A stretch of 64,000 nt of DNA from Bacteroidales bacterium UBA2861 (GTDB lineage Bacteria; Bacteroidota; Bacteroidia; Bacteroidales; UBA932). The notes beneath the pieces were generated by a model. That model made no database searches. It worked only from the letters and a program-made list of their open reading frames with translations, and was not told where the DNA came from. A program made the translations under genes and the position numbers. Shown here one piece after another: positions 10,906 through 19,278 of the stretch (position 1 is its first letter; the number at the start of each line of letters is the position of its first letter). The stretch spans positions 26,400 to 90,399 of the forward strand of contig DEFD01000027.1 of NCBI GenBank assembly GCA_002350615.1. Direction: 5' to 3'.

Positions 10906-11358
10906 ATGAGAGTTGTCATCCAAAGAGTTGCATCGGCATCAGTCACTATAGACGGAGAGATTCGCTCCGCCATCGGTCCGGGGCTTCTCATCCTTTTGGG
11001 AATAGGTCACGAAGATTCATCAGAGGATATCGACTGGCTCGTAAGGAAGGTTGCCGGACTCCGTATCTTCAATGACGGGGACGGGGTGATGAACCGCAGC
11101 ATAATGGAAAGCGGCGGAGACATCATCGTAGTCAGCCAGTTCACGCTGATGGCATCAACCAGGAAAGGGAACCGGCCGTCTTACATCGGTGCCGCGGGGC
11201 ACGAGAAGGCCATCCCCCTCTACGAACAGTTCTGCAAGGCTCTCAGCGAGGCCGTCGGAAAGCCTGTCGGTACCGGAGAGTTCGGCGCCGACATGAAGGT
11301 CGCCCTCGTCAACGACGGCCCCGTAACGATATGCATCGACTCCAAGAACAGGGAATGA
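10906..11358 (+). CDS. dtd: D-aminoacyl-tRNA deacylase
   Basis: MRVVIQRV, SQFTL, GNRPS, FGADMKVALVNDGPVT motifs. Confidence 0.95.
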   Translation: MRVVIQRVASASVTIDGEIRSAIGPGLLILLGIGHEDSSEDIDWLVRKVAGLRIFNDGDGVMNRSIMESGGDIIVVSQFTLMASTRKGNRPSYIGAAGHEKAIPLYEQFCKALSEAVGKPVGTGEFGADMKVALVNDGPVTICIDSKNRE

Positions 11359-11443
11359 TTTTCATTCCCGCAATAAGGCCCTAGCCCAGACTTTAATATT
11401 GAGAAGTGTGTAAGGTGTCCCAAAAACGAGGACACCTTGCACA
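11285..11443 (+). repeat. Direct repeat copy 1: dtd 3' end plus downstream flank
   Basis: 11285-11356 matches 12344-12415 at 71/72 nt; the following ~87 nt remain alignable but more diverged. Confidence 0.9.
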
Positions 11444-11444
11444 C
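11406..11444. repeat. REP-like hairpin, family A (GGTGTCC...GGACACC)
   Basis: GTGTGTAAGGTGTCC-CAAAAACGA-GGACACCTTGCACAC; two related hairpins at 12466-12554. Confidence 0.75.
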
Positions 11445-11509
11445 CACTCGATTTTGCAGAAACCAGCAGGATTCTCTCCCACGGTAGAACCCCTGTCCCG
11501 GGCACAACA

Positions 11510-11750
11510 AAAAAAGTGTGGAGCTCGAATCGACTGCTTAAAGAGAGGTTCTGGCAAACCTGAAAGAAAACAGACGGAAACAATCTCCACACCCGTATCG
11601 TCGGTGAGAATACACGCAAACAGATACAGATGATGGTGTTGGCCCAATCCTTTCTTTCGTAGAAACTGCCAGATTTCTCTTTAAGGACAGTGCGATAACA
11701 CTTCATCAATATTATAACCCGCCACCGCAGTGACGGATATCGCAAATATA
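11510..11750 (-). ncRNA. Putative structured leader/ncRNA, copy 1
   Basis: TATATTTG box (11743-11750, minus), long imperfect inverted repeat 11533-11570/11651-11691, closing stem GTGTGGAG/CTCCACAC followed by a U-tract on the minus strand; homologous architecture at 28109-28352. Confidence 0.6.
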
Positions 11751-11790
11751 AGAAATAATCTTCGTTTTATTTGTATATTTGCACACAACC

Positions 11791-12096
11791 ATGACCCAAA
11801 CGGAGTACATAAACGGTTTTTCAAGCTATATCTTCTGGGATGCTGATTCCAAGACGATTGACCCTGAAATCAATGCGCCCTATATTGTCCAGCGCGTATT
11901 GGAGTATGGTCAGATTGGCGATTGGAGGCATCTGCTGGACTTTTACGGCTTAAGCAGAATTACTGATCTTGCCAAAAAGTTTCGCTCCCTCGAGCCTCGC
12001 GCTCTTTCATTTATAAGTACCGTCTCCAATACTCCGATAGATCAATTCAGATGTTACACCTTGAGACAATCGAACCCGGAACATTGCAACTTCTGA
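11791..12096 (+). CDS. DUF6922-like protein (putative antitoxin partner of AbiEii-type nucleotidyltransferase)
   Basis: FSSYIFWDAD..ID...YIVQRVLEYG...DW..L...YG pattern; TATATTTG box at 11774-11781; overlaps the next gene. Confidence 0.75.
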   Translation: MTQTEYINGFSSYIFWDADSKTIDPEINAPYIVQRVLEYGQIGDWRHLLDFYGLSRITDLAKKFRSLEPRALSFISTVSNTPIDQFRCYTLRQSNPEHCNF

Positions 12097-12326
12097 AAAG
12101 TCTGCAAGCGATTCCTGCCCTTAAAGACTTTTTGCTTAAACATTTTTCACTTCAGGAGATCCTGGACCTGTACATGGAGAAATACCCAGATGGTTCAGTC
12201 TTCATAGCCATGAAAAGCCTCACGTATTTTGATGATGCAGAGTCGGACCCGATGCCTAAAATGTTTGAAGATGTCTCCTGGGAGACAGTAAAAAATTCCA
12301 TTCGCAAGGCAGTTTCCCAACTCTGA
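12051..12326 (+). pseudogene. AbiEii/AbiGii-family nucleotidyltransferase toxin with in-frame internal deletion
   Basis: N-terminus MLHLETIEPGTLQLLKSLQ and C-terminus KSLTYFDDAESDPMP..W..VK present, but the GGTALAL...RxSxDLD catalytic core is missing (91 aa, about half the usual length). Confidence 0.7.
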
Positions 12327-12343
12327 TTCTTGCTCGTAGTCCT

Positions 12344-12503
12344 GCGCCGACATGAAGGTCTCCCTCGTCAACGACGGCCCCGTAACGATATGCATCGACT
12401 CCAAGAACAGGGAATACCTTTCATTCCCGGACTAAGGGCCCTCGCCCGGGCTTTAATGTTGAGAAGTGTGCAAGGTGTCCCGTTTTCAAGGACACCTTAC
12501 ACA
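12344..12503 (+). repeat. Direct repeat copy 2: displaced dtd 3' end (stop codon lost) plus flank
   Basis: Encodes ADMKVSLVNDGPVTICIDSKNREY; GAATGA changed to GAATAC. Confidence 0.9.
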
Positions 12504-12554
12504 AAAACGGCCAATTTCGTGCACGGTGTCCTCGTTTTTGGGACACCGTGCACA
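12466..12554. repeat. REP-like doublet, family A
   Basis: GTGTGCAAGGTGTCC..GGACACCTTACACA and GTGCACGGTGTCC..GGACACCGTGCAC; the second is a near reverse complement of the 11406 hairpin. Confidence 0.75.
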
Positions 12555-12643
12555 CTATTCGGCTTGCAATCGTTCCTTATGCTGAGTCTTTATTCCCGCC
12601 GGAGGTAGCCCCAACAATCGTCTTTCATCGGAGGTTTTCCCTC

Positions 12644-12720
12644 AAGCGACACCCGCTATCAATTTATCTGCTGTCATAGCTCTAAAGTTTAGATGCTTGA
12701 TTGCATAGAAATGATAATCA
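12644..12720. repeat. 77-bp dispersed module, copy 1
   Basis: 70/77 identity to 22365-22441. Confidence 0.85.
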
Positions 12721-12929
12721 AAGTAAACTGCGCAACTGACAAATGCCCCATATTTCTTACGAACATATTCTTTTAGAAGACTCAACTCTTCTTCTGAATC
12801 AGCAATGAAAACCCGGCAAATTTCTTTGCTATAGGAAAAAATCTGAAAAAATGGGCATTTGAAAATATCGCCCTCCCTCTTGAGCAAATTTCCTACCCAC
12901 ACAATATATCCACTTGCAGTAATTGAATG

Positions 12930-13217
12930 CTAAATTTCATGCTTACACAATTCAGCGATGATGGCAGTGCCGTACCCCATTTCTCTCATATCTTTTCGAA
13001 CAGCAAGATAGTCTATTTCCAATGTCGGATACATTGCTCCGTTTTGAATGGCGCCGTTGTCATCAAGATATCCCCAAGCATCCCCGTGCGGTACATCTTG
13101 AAATAGGCTCAGGGTGGAATGAATAAAGGTATCCATCGGCTGGATACCACATTCAAAATCAACTAAAGAATCAGCCGCATGCGAGGCTGAAAGTACCACG
13201 ACCATATAGTCCCCCAC
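12930..13217 (-). pseudogene. GNAT acetyltransferase fragment (toxin-like)
   Basis: YPTLEIDYLAVRKDMREMGYGTAII matches GNAT motif A; ORF is short and ends just after it. Confidence 0.6.
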
Positions 13218-13222
13218 CGACT

Positions 13223-13366
13223 CTACTTCTTCGACTCTTCAGATGGTTTGGCTCGAACTATCTTTTGTTCACAAGAACGGTTATTGCGTACTATGACAAT
13301 CTGTTCACGAAGTTTCTCCGCGAACACCCCCTTGATGGGACGCCTGTCTGTCTTAATTCCAAGCAT
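13223..13366 (-). CDS. Small basic protein (47 aa), possible antitoxin remnant upstream of the GNAT
   Basis: Manual translation MLGIKTDRRPIKGVFAEKLREQIVIVRNNRS...; TAATTTG-like box upstream (about 13383-13390). Confidence 0.35.
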   Translation of the reverse strand: MLGIKTDRRPIKGVFAEKLREQIVIVRNNRSCEQKIVRAKPSEESKK

Positions 13367-13450
13367 ACGCAATGACCTTTTTGCAAATTAAATAAAAACA
13401 ATCTGAATCTCCAAATATAACATTCGTTTGATGACAGCTTTCTTTCGTAC

Positions 13451-13476
13451 CGACTCCAAGAGCATGGAATGACTTT
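13451..13476 (+). repeat. Direct repeat copy 3: short dtd 3'-end remnant
   Basis: CGACTCCAAGAGCATGGAATGACTTT vs CGACTCCAAGAACAGGGAATGATTTT (11337-11362): 23/26. Confidence 0.65.
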
Positions 13477-13527
13477 GGTCCTCAGCTGGACAATTCACCT
13501 CTAAGCCCCTTCTAGGATCTCTTCGGT

Positions 13528-13620
13528 GGGCGAGGTCCGATTTTTCTGGCGACACCTCGCCCGGGCGAATTGCCTCATACCCCCTTCTCGACCCATTCCG
13601 GTGGGCGAGATCCCCGCGCC
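13528..13620. repeat. REP-like doublet, family B (GGGCGAGGT...ACCTCGCCC), second hairpin truncated
   Basis: Colinear with 20979-21071 until GATCCCC(G/A)CGCC, where it runs into susC-like coding sequence. Confidence 0.75.
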
Positions 13621-13740
13621 GAGAAGGGCTTCCCCCTGCGCATCGCTTACTTTCCCGCTCAGTTGTACGTTCTGGGCGGAAATGCCCAGCGGGAAAAAGA
13701 GCCCCGCAAAAAGCGTCAATATCTTTCCGGATAATCTCAT
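13609..13740 (-). pseudogene. Truncated SusC/TonB-dependent receptor N-terminus
   Basis: MRLSGKILTLFAGLFFPLGISAQNVQLSGKVSDAQGEALLGAGI: signal peptide plus start of a CarboxypepD_reg-like domain; ATG overlaps the MFS stop (ATGA). Confidence 0.7.
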
Positions 13741-15068
13741 GCCTTTTCTTCGTGAATATAACCGTCGTCCTTTATGTTCCAAAGGAAAGCGCAAAGGACG
13801 CCTCCCAGGACTGCGAACCCGGCCATAAGTATAAACAGTTTGTTCCAACCGAAACGGTCGCTGAACCAGCCGAGGCCAGCTCCGGTGATAATGACCGAGA
13901 CATAACTCATCAGCCCTATCAGACCCACCGCCGAAGAAGCGGCCTTCTTGGTCGCATGCTTTGAAGCCGTTACTCCGAGAAGGGCCTGGGGTCCGTAAAG
14001 GAAGAATCCCGCAAGGGAGAGAATCCCAAGCACCAGGACAGGCGATGCCGACTCCGGAAGCAGTTGAAGGACGACCAGGCACAGTGCCACCAGCCCCATT
14101 TCCACGGCACATACGCGGTGCGTCTTTCCTCCGAAGAAATGATCGCTGATCCAACCGGCGCAAAGCATTCCCGCGCAGCCCGCGACTTCGAAAATTCCGA
14201 TGGTCCATCCGGCCAGGTGCGGAGACAGGGGAACCGACATTTTCCCGAGGAAAGTAGGTCCCCAGTCCAGCACGGCGAAACGTACAACATAGACAAAAAG
14301 GTCCGTAATCGCAAGGACCCAGATCACGGGGTTGAGGAAGACCTTCTTCCGTACGAAAGCCCTGTAGGCTTCGGGAGAATCGTTGTCGTCAAGTTCCGTC
14401 TTCGTGTCCGGAAGTTCGGGAAGCCCGACCGAGGAGGGAGTGTCCCTCAGCGTTATTATTATAAACAGTATACCGAGCGCGGCGATTGCTCCCGGAATCC
14501 AGAAACACAGCCTCCAGTCCCCCGTGCTGCTGACTATATAGCCGCAGAGGACCGCGAGAATGCCTGCCCCTATCGAATGCGAAGTGTTCCAGATCGCCGT
14601 CTTTGTGGCAAGTTCCTTAGGTGCCACCCAGTGGTTCAGAAGTCGGTTGCAAGGAGGGAAGCCGCAACCCTGGAACACGTTGTTGAGAACAAGCAGGATT
14701 CCCATTACAAGCACCATCGTCCCTACGAAATCGGGGCCTCCAGCCTGGCCGGTGATCAAGGTTGATATCCTGTCGCTCCATCCGAAGAGGAAATTAAGCC
14801 CGACGCAGGCGCTGAGTCCGATTACGAGGTGCCATCTGGCATTGAAGCGGTCCGCGATAAATCCGTTGAGGAATTTGGACACTCCATATATTATTCCCAC
14901 GAGGGAAAGGATGATTCCGAAGTCCGTATTTGTAATGCCATACCGGGCACTGAGCACGGGCATCGCAAAGGAGAAATTCTTCCTCACGAAATAAAACATG
15001 GAGTAGCCTATCATCGAGCAGATGATGACCCGCCATTGCCAATATGAAAATGACCGCTTAGTCTGCAT
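13737..15068 (-). CDS. MFS organophosphate:Pi antiporter (GlpT/UhpT family)
   Basis: GYSMFYFVRKNFS, YGVSKF, QGCGFPPC, WNTSHSIG, RDTP...GLP, YVVRF..LDWGP, LYGPQAL. Confidence 0.9.
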   Translation of the reverse strand: MQTKRSFSYWQWRVIICSMIGYSMFYFVRKNFSFAMPVLSARYGITNTDFGIILSLVGIIYGVSKFLNGFIADRFNARWHLVIGLSACVGLNFLFGWSDRISTLITGQAGGPDFVGTMVLVMGILLVLNNVFQGCGFPPCNRLLNHWVAPKELATKTAIWNTSHSIGAGILAVLCGYIVSSTGDWRLCFWIPGAIAALGILFIIITLRDTPSSVGLPELPDTKTELDDNDSPEAYRAFVRKKVFLNPVIWVLAITDLFVYVVRFAVLDWGPTFLGKMSVPLSPHLAGWTIGIFEVAGCAGMLCAGWISDHFFGGKTHRVCAVEMGLVALCLVVLQLLPESASPVLVLGILSLAGFFLYGPQALLGVTASKHATKKAASSAVGLIGLMSYVSVIITGAGLGWFSDRFGWNKLFILMAGFAVLGGVLCAFLWNIKDDGYIHEEKA

Positions 15069-15070
15069 CA

Positions 15071-16123
15071 CTAAATGTGTTCGAATGTGAATGCCTCCCA
15101 GGGAAGGTCCGCATCGGCCTTACCCTTGTCAAGGATATCCACGATATGCATCAGGAGAGGGAAATCCTTGAGGTCCACAAGCCCCAGTTCCGCTTTGCGG
15201 CGGATTGCCTGGCCCATTACACGGGTGATTACCAGGCTCTCCAGGGTGATGCCGGCGAGGGCCTCGGTGACCTCTTCATAATTGAGGCCGCGCCCCATGA
15301 GCACGCCGCATTTACGGGTCCTTCCGCTGAAAATCGTCACGTAAAGGTCTCCAAGACCTATGCACTCGGATTCGAAACTGCCTCCCTGCATCTTCATAAG
15401 GGCATGGGTTTCGCGGACCGCCTGGGTGAAAGTACCGGCCTGGGAGTTGTAATGCTGAGGTTCGTCTTCTCCGTGCCAGCGGGTATTCAGGCCGACCGCA
15501 AGGGTGACTGCCATTGCATAGGCGTTCTTGAGTGCCACGGCACTTTCAAGTCCGATCACGTCGTCCGTAAGGGAAATGTGATAGTAAGGACGCTGCATCG
15601 CTTCTTTCATCATCCTAAGGGCCTTGGGATCCTTGCCGCAGAAACCCACCTCCGAAGGGTCCATGAATACGAGTTCGTAGGATGTGCACGGGCCGCCGAT
15701 CGCACAGATTGTCCTGTTGATTCCCCGCTTTGCAAGTTCACTCTCCCAGTATCCGGGATAAGAAAGCAGAGACCCGTCCTCTGTAGCCCTGAGGCCTTTG
15801 GTGACTGAAAGTACGGGCAGCTGCGGATCCAGTTTCGTGAGTATTTCCTCCAGGAACCAGTCCACCCCGAATGAAGAGACGCCGCCTATCATGAAATCGG
15901 CTCCCTTTACGACGTCCTGCCACTCTTTGAAATAATGGAATTTCACATTCTCCGGGAAGGGACGGCAGAACTTTTCGTGTTTGCCGGTTGCGATATAACC
16001 GTCAATAATCCCGTCGTCCAGGCATGTCCCCACTATATGGACATCATTCCCGTTTTCGGCGGCCGGAAAGGCCAGGGCCGATCCCATCATACCTGCTCCC
16101 AAAATAACAATCTTGCGTTTCAT
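15071..16123 (-). CDS. NAD(P)H-dependent glycerol-3-phosphate dehydrogenase family protein
   Basis: GAGMMGSALA Rossmann motif, SVTKG, GGPC, ALKNAYA, GLGDLYVT. Confidence 0.85.
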   Translation of the reverse strand: MKRKIVILGAGMMGSALAFPAAENGNDVHIVGTCLDDGIIDGYIATGKHEKFCRPFPENVKFHYFKEWQDVVKGADFMIGGVSSFGVDWFLEEILTKLDPQLPVLSVTKGLRATEDGSLLSYPGYWESELAKRGINRTICAIGGPCTSYELVFMDPSEVGFCGKDPKALRMMKEAMQRPYYHISLTDDVIGLESAVALKNAYAMAVTLAVGLNTRWHGEDEPQHYNSQAGTFTQAVRETHALMKMQGGSFESECIGLGDLYVTIFSGRTRKCGVLMGRGLNYEEVTEALAGITLESLVITRVMGQAIRRKAELGLVDLKDFPLLMHIVDILDKGKADADLPWEAFTFEHI

Positions 16124-16247
16124 AATAAAATATTGTTCTAATAATCTCTTTTCTGGTTGGGTGCACGTGCACCCACAGTGCAAATATAAGCCTTAAAAAT
16201 TAAAATCAAAAAAATATTAGTATTTTTGCGGCCAAACAAGAAGCATA

Positions 16248-17306
16248 GTGCAGAAAGCGAGCAATAAAACTCCTACAGTCTTTGATGTAGCAGATTTGGC
16301 CGGGGTGTCCAGGGGCACCGTGGACAGGGTTTTGTACGGAAGGGGGCGCGTGTCTCATGAGACCAGGGAAAAAGTTCTTTCCGCAATCTCTACCCTGAAC
16401 TATATCCCGAACTCTCACGCATCCCAGCTCGCATCCAGGAAAGAATACCTCTTCTGCTGCCTGATTCCCGAATATTCCAAGGGTGAATACTGGGAGTATA
16501 TGAATACAGGCTTCCTTGAGGCGGCAAAGGACTTTTCCTCCTACAGTCTGAAGCTGGAAATCTACTATTACAACCAGAACGATGTGGCCTCCTTCGTGGA
16601 GAACAGCCGCAAGATACTCGAAAGCTCCCCTTCCGGCGTAATCATGAACGCCGTATTCCGTGACGAAGTCTCCCTCTTCGCCCACAAACTTGAAGAAAAG
16701 GGAATCCCCTATGCTTTCGTCGACAACAAAATAGACGAACTGGATTACATCCTTTATCACGGAGTGGACCCCTACAAGAGCGGTGCCCTGGGCGCATACC
16801 TTCTCACGGCAAGAAACGAAGTGAAGGATATACTCATGGTCCGCCTGAAGCGGGATTCCCGCCATAAGGCAGACCCTAACCGGCCGCGGCGTCACGGCTT
16901 CACCGACTATGTGGAAGACCACTTTCCCCAGTGCCGGATACACACCATTTTCATAGACCCGGAAGATTCTGAGGGGACCATGCATGAAATGGAGGCCTTT
17001 GCAAGGAAGAATCCCGATGTCCACCATATCGTAATGACCAATTCCCGTGTATTCCTGCTCGTGGATTATCTCAAGAAACACCCCGACCCGCAGCGGATTG
17101 TCGTGGGATTCGATGATCTTGACAAGAATCTGGATGCAGTCAGGGACGGGCTGGTGGACTGCCTTGTGACAAGGCACATCTCACAGCAATCCTATTCCTC
17201 GCTCACTTCGTTTGCCGAGTTTGTCATTCTTGGACGCAAGCCCAGGCACAGGAACCATTTCGTCCACATGGATATCCTGACGAAAATGAATTTCGACAAT
17301 TATTAG
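16248..17306 (+). CDS. LacI-family transcriptional regulator
   Basis: TVFDVADLAGVSRGTVDRVLYGRGRVS HTH plus periplasmic-binding-type sensor domain. Confidence 0.9.
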   Translation: MQKASNKTPTVFDVADLAGVSRGTVDRVLYGRGRVSHETREKVLSAISTLNYIPNSHASQLASRKEYLFCCLIPEYSKGEYWEYMNTGFLEAAKDFSSYSLKLEIYYYNQNDVASFVENSRKILESSPSGVIMNAVFRDEVSLFAHKLEEKGIPYAFVDNKIDELDYILYHGVDPYKSGALGAYLLTARNEVKDILMVRLKRDSRHKADPNRPRRHGFTDYVEDHFPQCRIHTIFIDPEDSEGTMHEMEAFARKNPDVHHIVMTNSRVFLLVDYLKKHPDPQRIVVGFDDLDKNLDAVRDGLVDCLVTRHISQQSYSSLTSFAEFVILGRKPRHRNHFVHMDILTKMNFDNY

Positions 17307-17337
17307 CCTGCATTACTTTGAAGTCAGGCAATGAATC

Positions 17338-18264
17338 TCAGAACTTTTTGAAAGGTTTGACCGGTTCCACGTGGATTGTGATGTGAGTGTCGGCACCGAA
17401 ACGCTCACGAAGGGCTTGTTCTATATCGTGAGCACGGGAATGGCTTTCCAAGAGTGAGGTCCCCCCATCCATCCGAATGTGGATTTCGATGGCGTAGTGG
17501 CCTCCTATTCTCCTGGTTTTCAGGTTATGAGGATCCGAAACGTCCGGGAAAGAGCTGACGATAGAGAGAATCTCTTCCTCTATCTCCTCTGGCAGGGACA
17601 CTTCCATCAGGTCAAGGAAACTATTCCTGAGCAGCATCCAAGACACTCGGACGATGAAGCATCCCACCACTATCGAGGCCAGGGGGTCCAGAACGGCCCA
17701 GCGCGCACCCATGAGGATGGCACCTCCGATTCCGACCAGAGTGGCCAGCGAAGAGAGGGCGTCGCTGCGGTGATGCCATGCGTTGGCTTCAAGGGCTGGA
17801 GAATGCAGTTGGCGTCCCTTGTTCAATGTGTATCTATAGGTGATTTCCTTAAGGACTATCGTGGCTATGGCGCCCCAGAGTGCAATGGTGCCGGGCTTGG
17901 GGAGGTCCGCACCCTTCAACCAGGCTATAATCTTGACGGTGCCGTTGTAGAGTACACCGCCGGCAACCAGCAGCAGCGCAATCCCTACTATGGCAGACGC
18001 CAATGTCTCGAACTTGCCGCGTCCATAGTCATATTCTTTGTCTGCCGGTTTGCTTCCGATGTGCACAAAGATGAGCACCACCGCATCAGTCACGAGGTCC
18101 GAGAGTGAGTGGATTGCATCAGCCACCATTGCGGAGCTGCGCCCTGCAAAGCCAACCGCGAATTTCAGGGCGGTAAGAGCTATATTGACCAGGCTCCCGG
18201 CGAGAGTCACCTTGTCTATTTCTTTCTCCCTGCCGGGGAGAATGCTATCTGAATTGTCTCCCAT
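17338..18264 (-). CDS. Cation diffusion facilitator (FieF-like) transporter
   Basis: ADAIHSLSD, NAWHHRSDALSS, C-terminal HITIHVEP. Confidence 0.9.
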   Translation of the reverse strand: MGDNSDSILPGREKEIDKVTLAGSLVNIALTALKFAVGFAGRSSAMVADAIHSLSDLVTDAVVLIFVHIGSKPADKEYDYGRGKFETLASAIVGIALLLVAGGVLYNGTVKIIAWLKGADLPKPGTIALWGAIATIVLKEITYRYTLNKGRQLHSPALEANAWHHRSDALSSLATLVGIGGAILMGARWAVLDPLASIVVGCFIVRVSWMLLRNSFLDLMEVSLPEEIEEEILSIVSSFPDVSDPHNLKTRRIGGHYAIEIHIRMDGGTSLLESHSRAHDIEQALRERFGADTHITIHVEPVKPFKKF

Positions 18265-18323
18265 ATGCACGGTTTATCTGCATAACCGCACAAAGATAAT
18301 TCAATTATACGTATATTTGAAAC

Positions 18324-19265
18324 ATGGATCAGCCCAGGATAGAACGCGTTTTCAGGCTCATGCGGCTTATGACCGGAAACGTATATTTCACGGTCGATGA
18401 ACTTGCCGAGAAGCTGGAGACCTCGTACAGGTCCATCTACCGCTATATCGATACCTTCAAGGAACTCGGGTTCGTGGTGGAGAAGATAAACGGGAACATT
18501 TATCGCCTGGTGAAAGCGCCTTCATCCTTCAAGGACCTCAGCAAGCTGGTTTATTTCTCCGACGAGGAGGCCAAGATCCTGTGCAACCTCATCGAAGGCC
18601 TTGACAGCACCCACGCCCTGAAAGCATCCCTCTACAAGAAACTCGCAGCCATCTATGATCTCACGAGCATCAACGAATTCAAAGGCTCCAAGTTCAACGC
18701 AGGCTGCATCCAGGCCATAAGGAACGCAATGGACGAGAAGAAGAAGGTCATCCTGCGAAACTATGCTTCCTCTAATTCCGGCAAGGTGCGTGACAGGATC
18801 GTCGAGCCTTTCTCCTTCACCAACAACCATATAGATATCTGGGCCTACGATACGGAAAACAAAGACAACCGCATCTTCAAGATTCCCCGCATCGAATGGG
18901 TGGACATCCTGAACGAAAACTGGGAACATGAAAGCGAGCATCACCGTAAATCCATCGATGATTTCCGGATGAGCTATGACGGAGAAGGCATTCCGGTAAA
19001 GCTTGCGCTCTCCCTGAGGGCGAAGAACCTCCTGGTGGAGGAGTTCCCTCTCACGGAGGCCGGTGTCCGGAAAGAGGGCGACAGCTGGATCTATGAGGGC
19101 CGCGTGGGCCACATGGAAGGCGTCGGCAGGTTCTGCATAGGGCTTGCCGGAGATGTAAAAGTGCTTGACAGCCCCGAACTGGACAGGTATATCGACGATT
19201 TCATAAGAAAGAACTTCTTCACCTATCAGGACGGGCATACCAAGGCTGCTCCGATGGGAGAATAA
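18324..19265 (+). CDS. WYL-domain transcriptional regulator (HTH-WYL-WCX)
   Basis: N-terminal HTH (ELAEKLETSYRSIYRYIDTF), YASSNSGKVRDRIVEPF, WAYD...NRIFKIPRI. Confidence 0.9.
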   Translation: MDQPRIERVFRLMRLMTGNVYFTVDELAEKLETSYRSIYRYIDTFKELGFVVEKINGNIYRLVKAPSSFKDLSKLVYFSDEEAKILCNLIEGLDSTHALKASLYKKLAAIYDLTSINEFKGSKFNAGCIQAIRNAMDEKKKVILRNYASSNSGKVRDRIVEPFSFTNNHIDIWAYDTENKDNRIFKIPRIEWVDILNENWEHESEHHRKSIDDFRMSYDGEGIPVKLALSLRAKNLLVEEFPLTEAGVRKEGDSWIYEGRVGHMEGVGRFCIGLAGDVKVLDSPELDRYIDDFIRKNFFTYQDGHTKAAPMGE

Positions 19266-19278
19266 ATGATTTAATGAC

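Noticed and set aside
11362-11745. 127-aa minus-strand ORF spanning the structured element
   Set aside because: The equivalent frame in copy 2 stops after three codons (ATG AAA GTG TAA); conservation is in pairing, not coding.
12330-12608. 92-aa plus-strand ORF over the dtd duplicate
   Set aside because: Out of frame with the dtd remnant and runs through REP hairpins; spurious.
11285-13620. Possible CRISPR array suggested by recurring palindromes
   Set aside because: Repeats are irregularly spaced, differ in sequence and orientation, and there are no cas genes.
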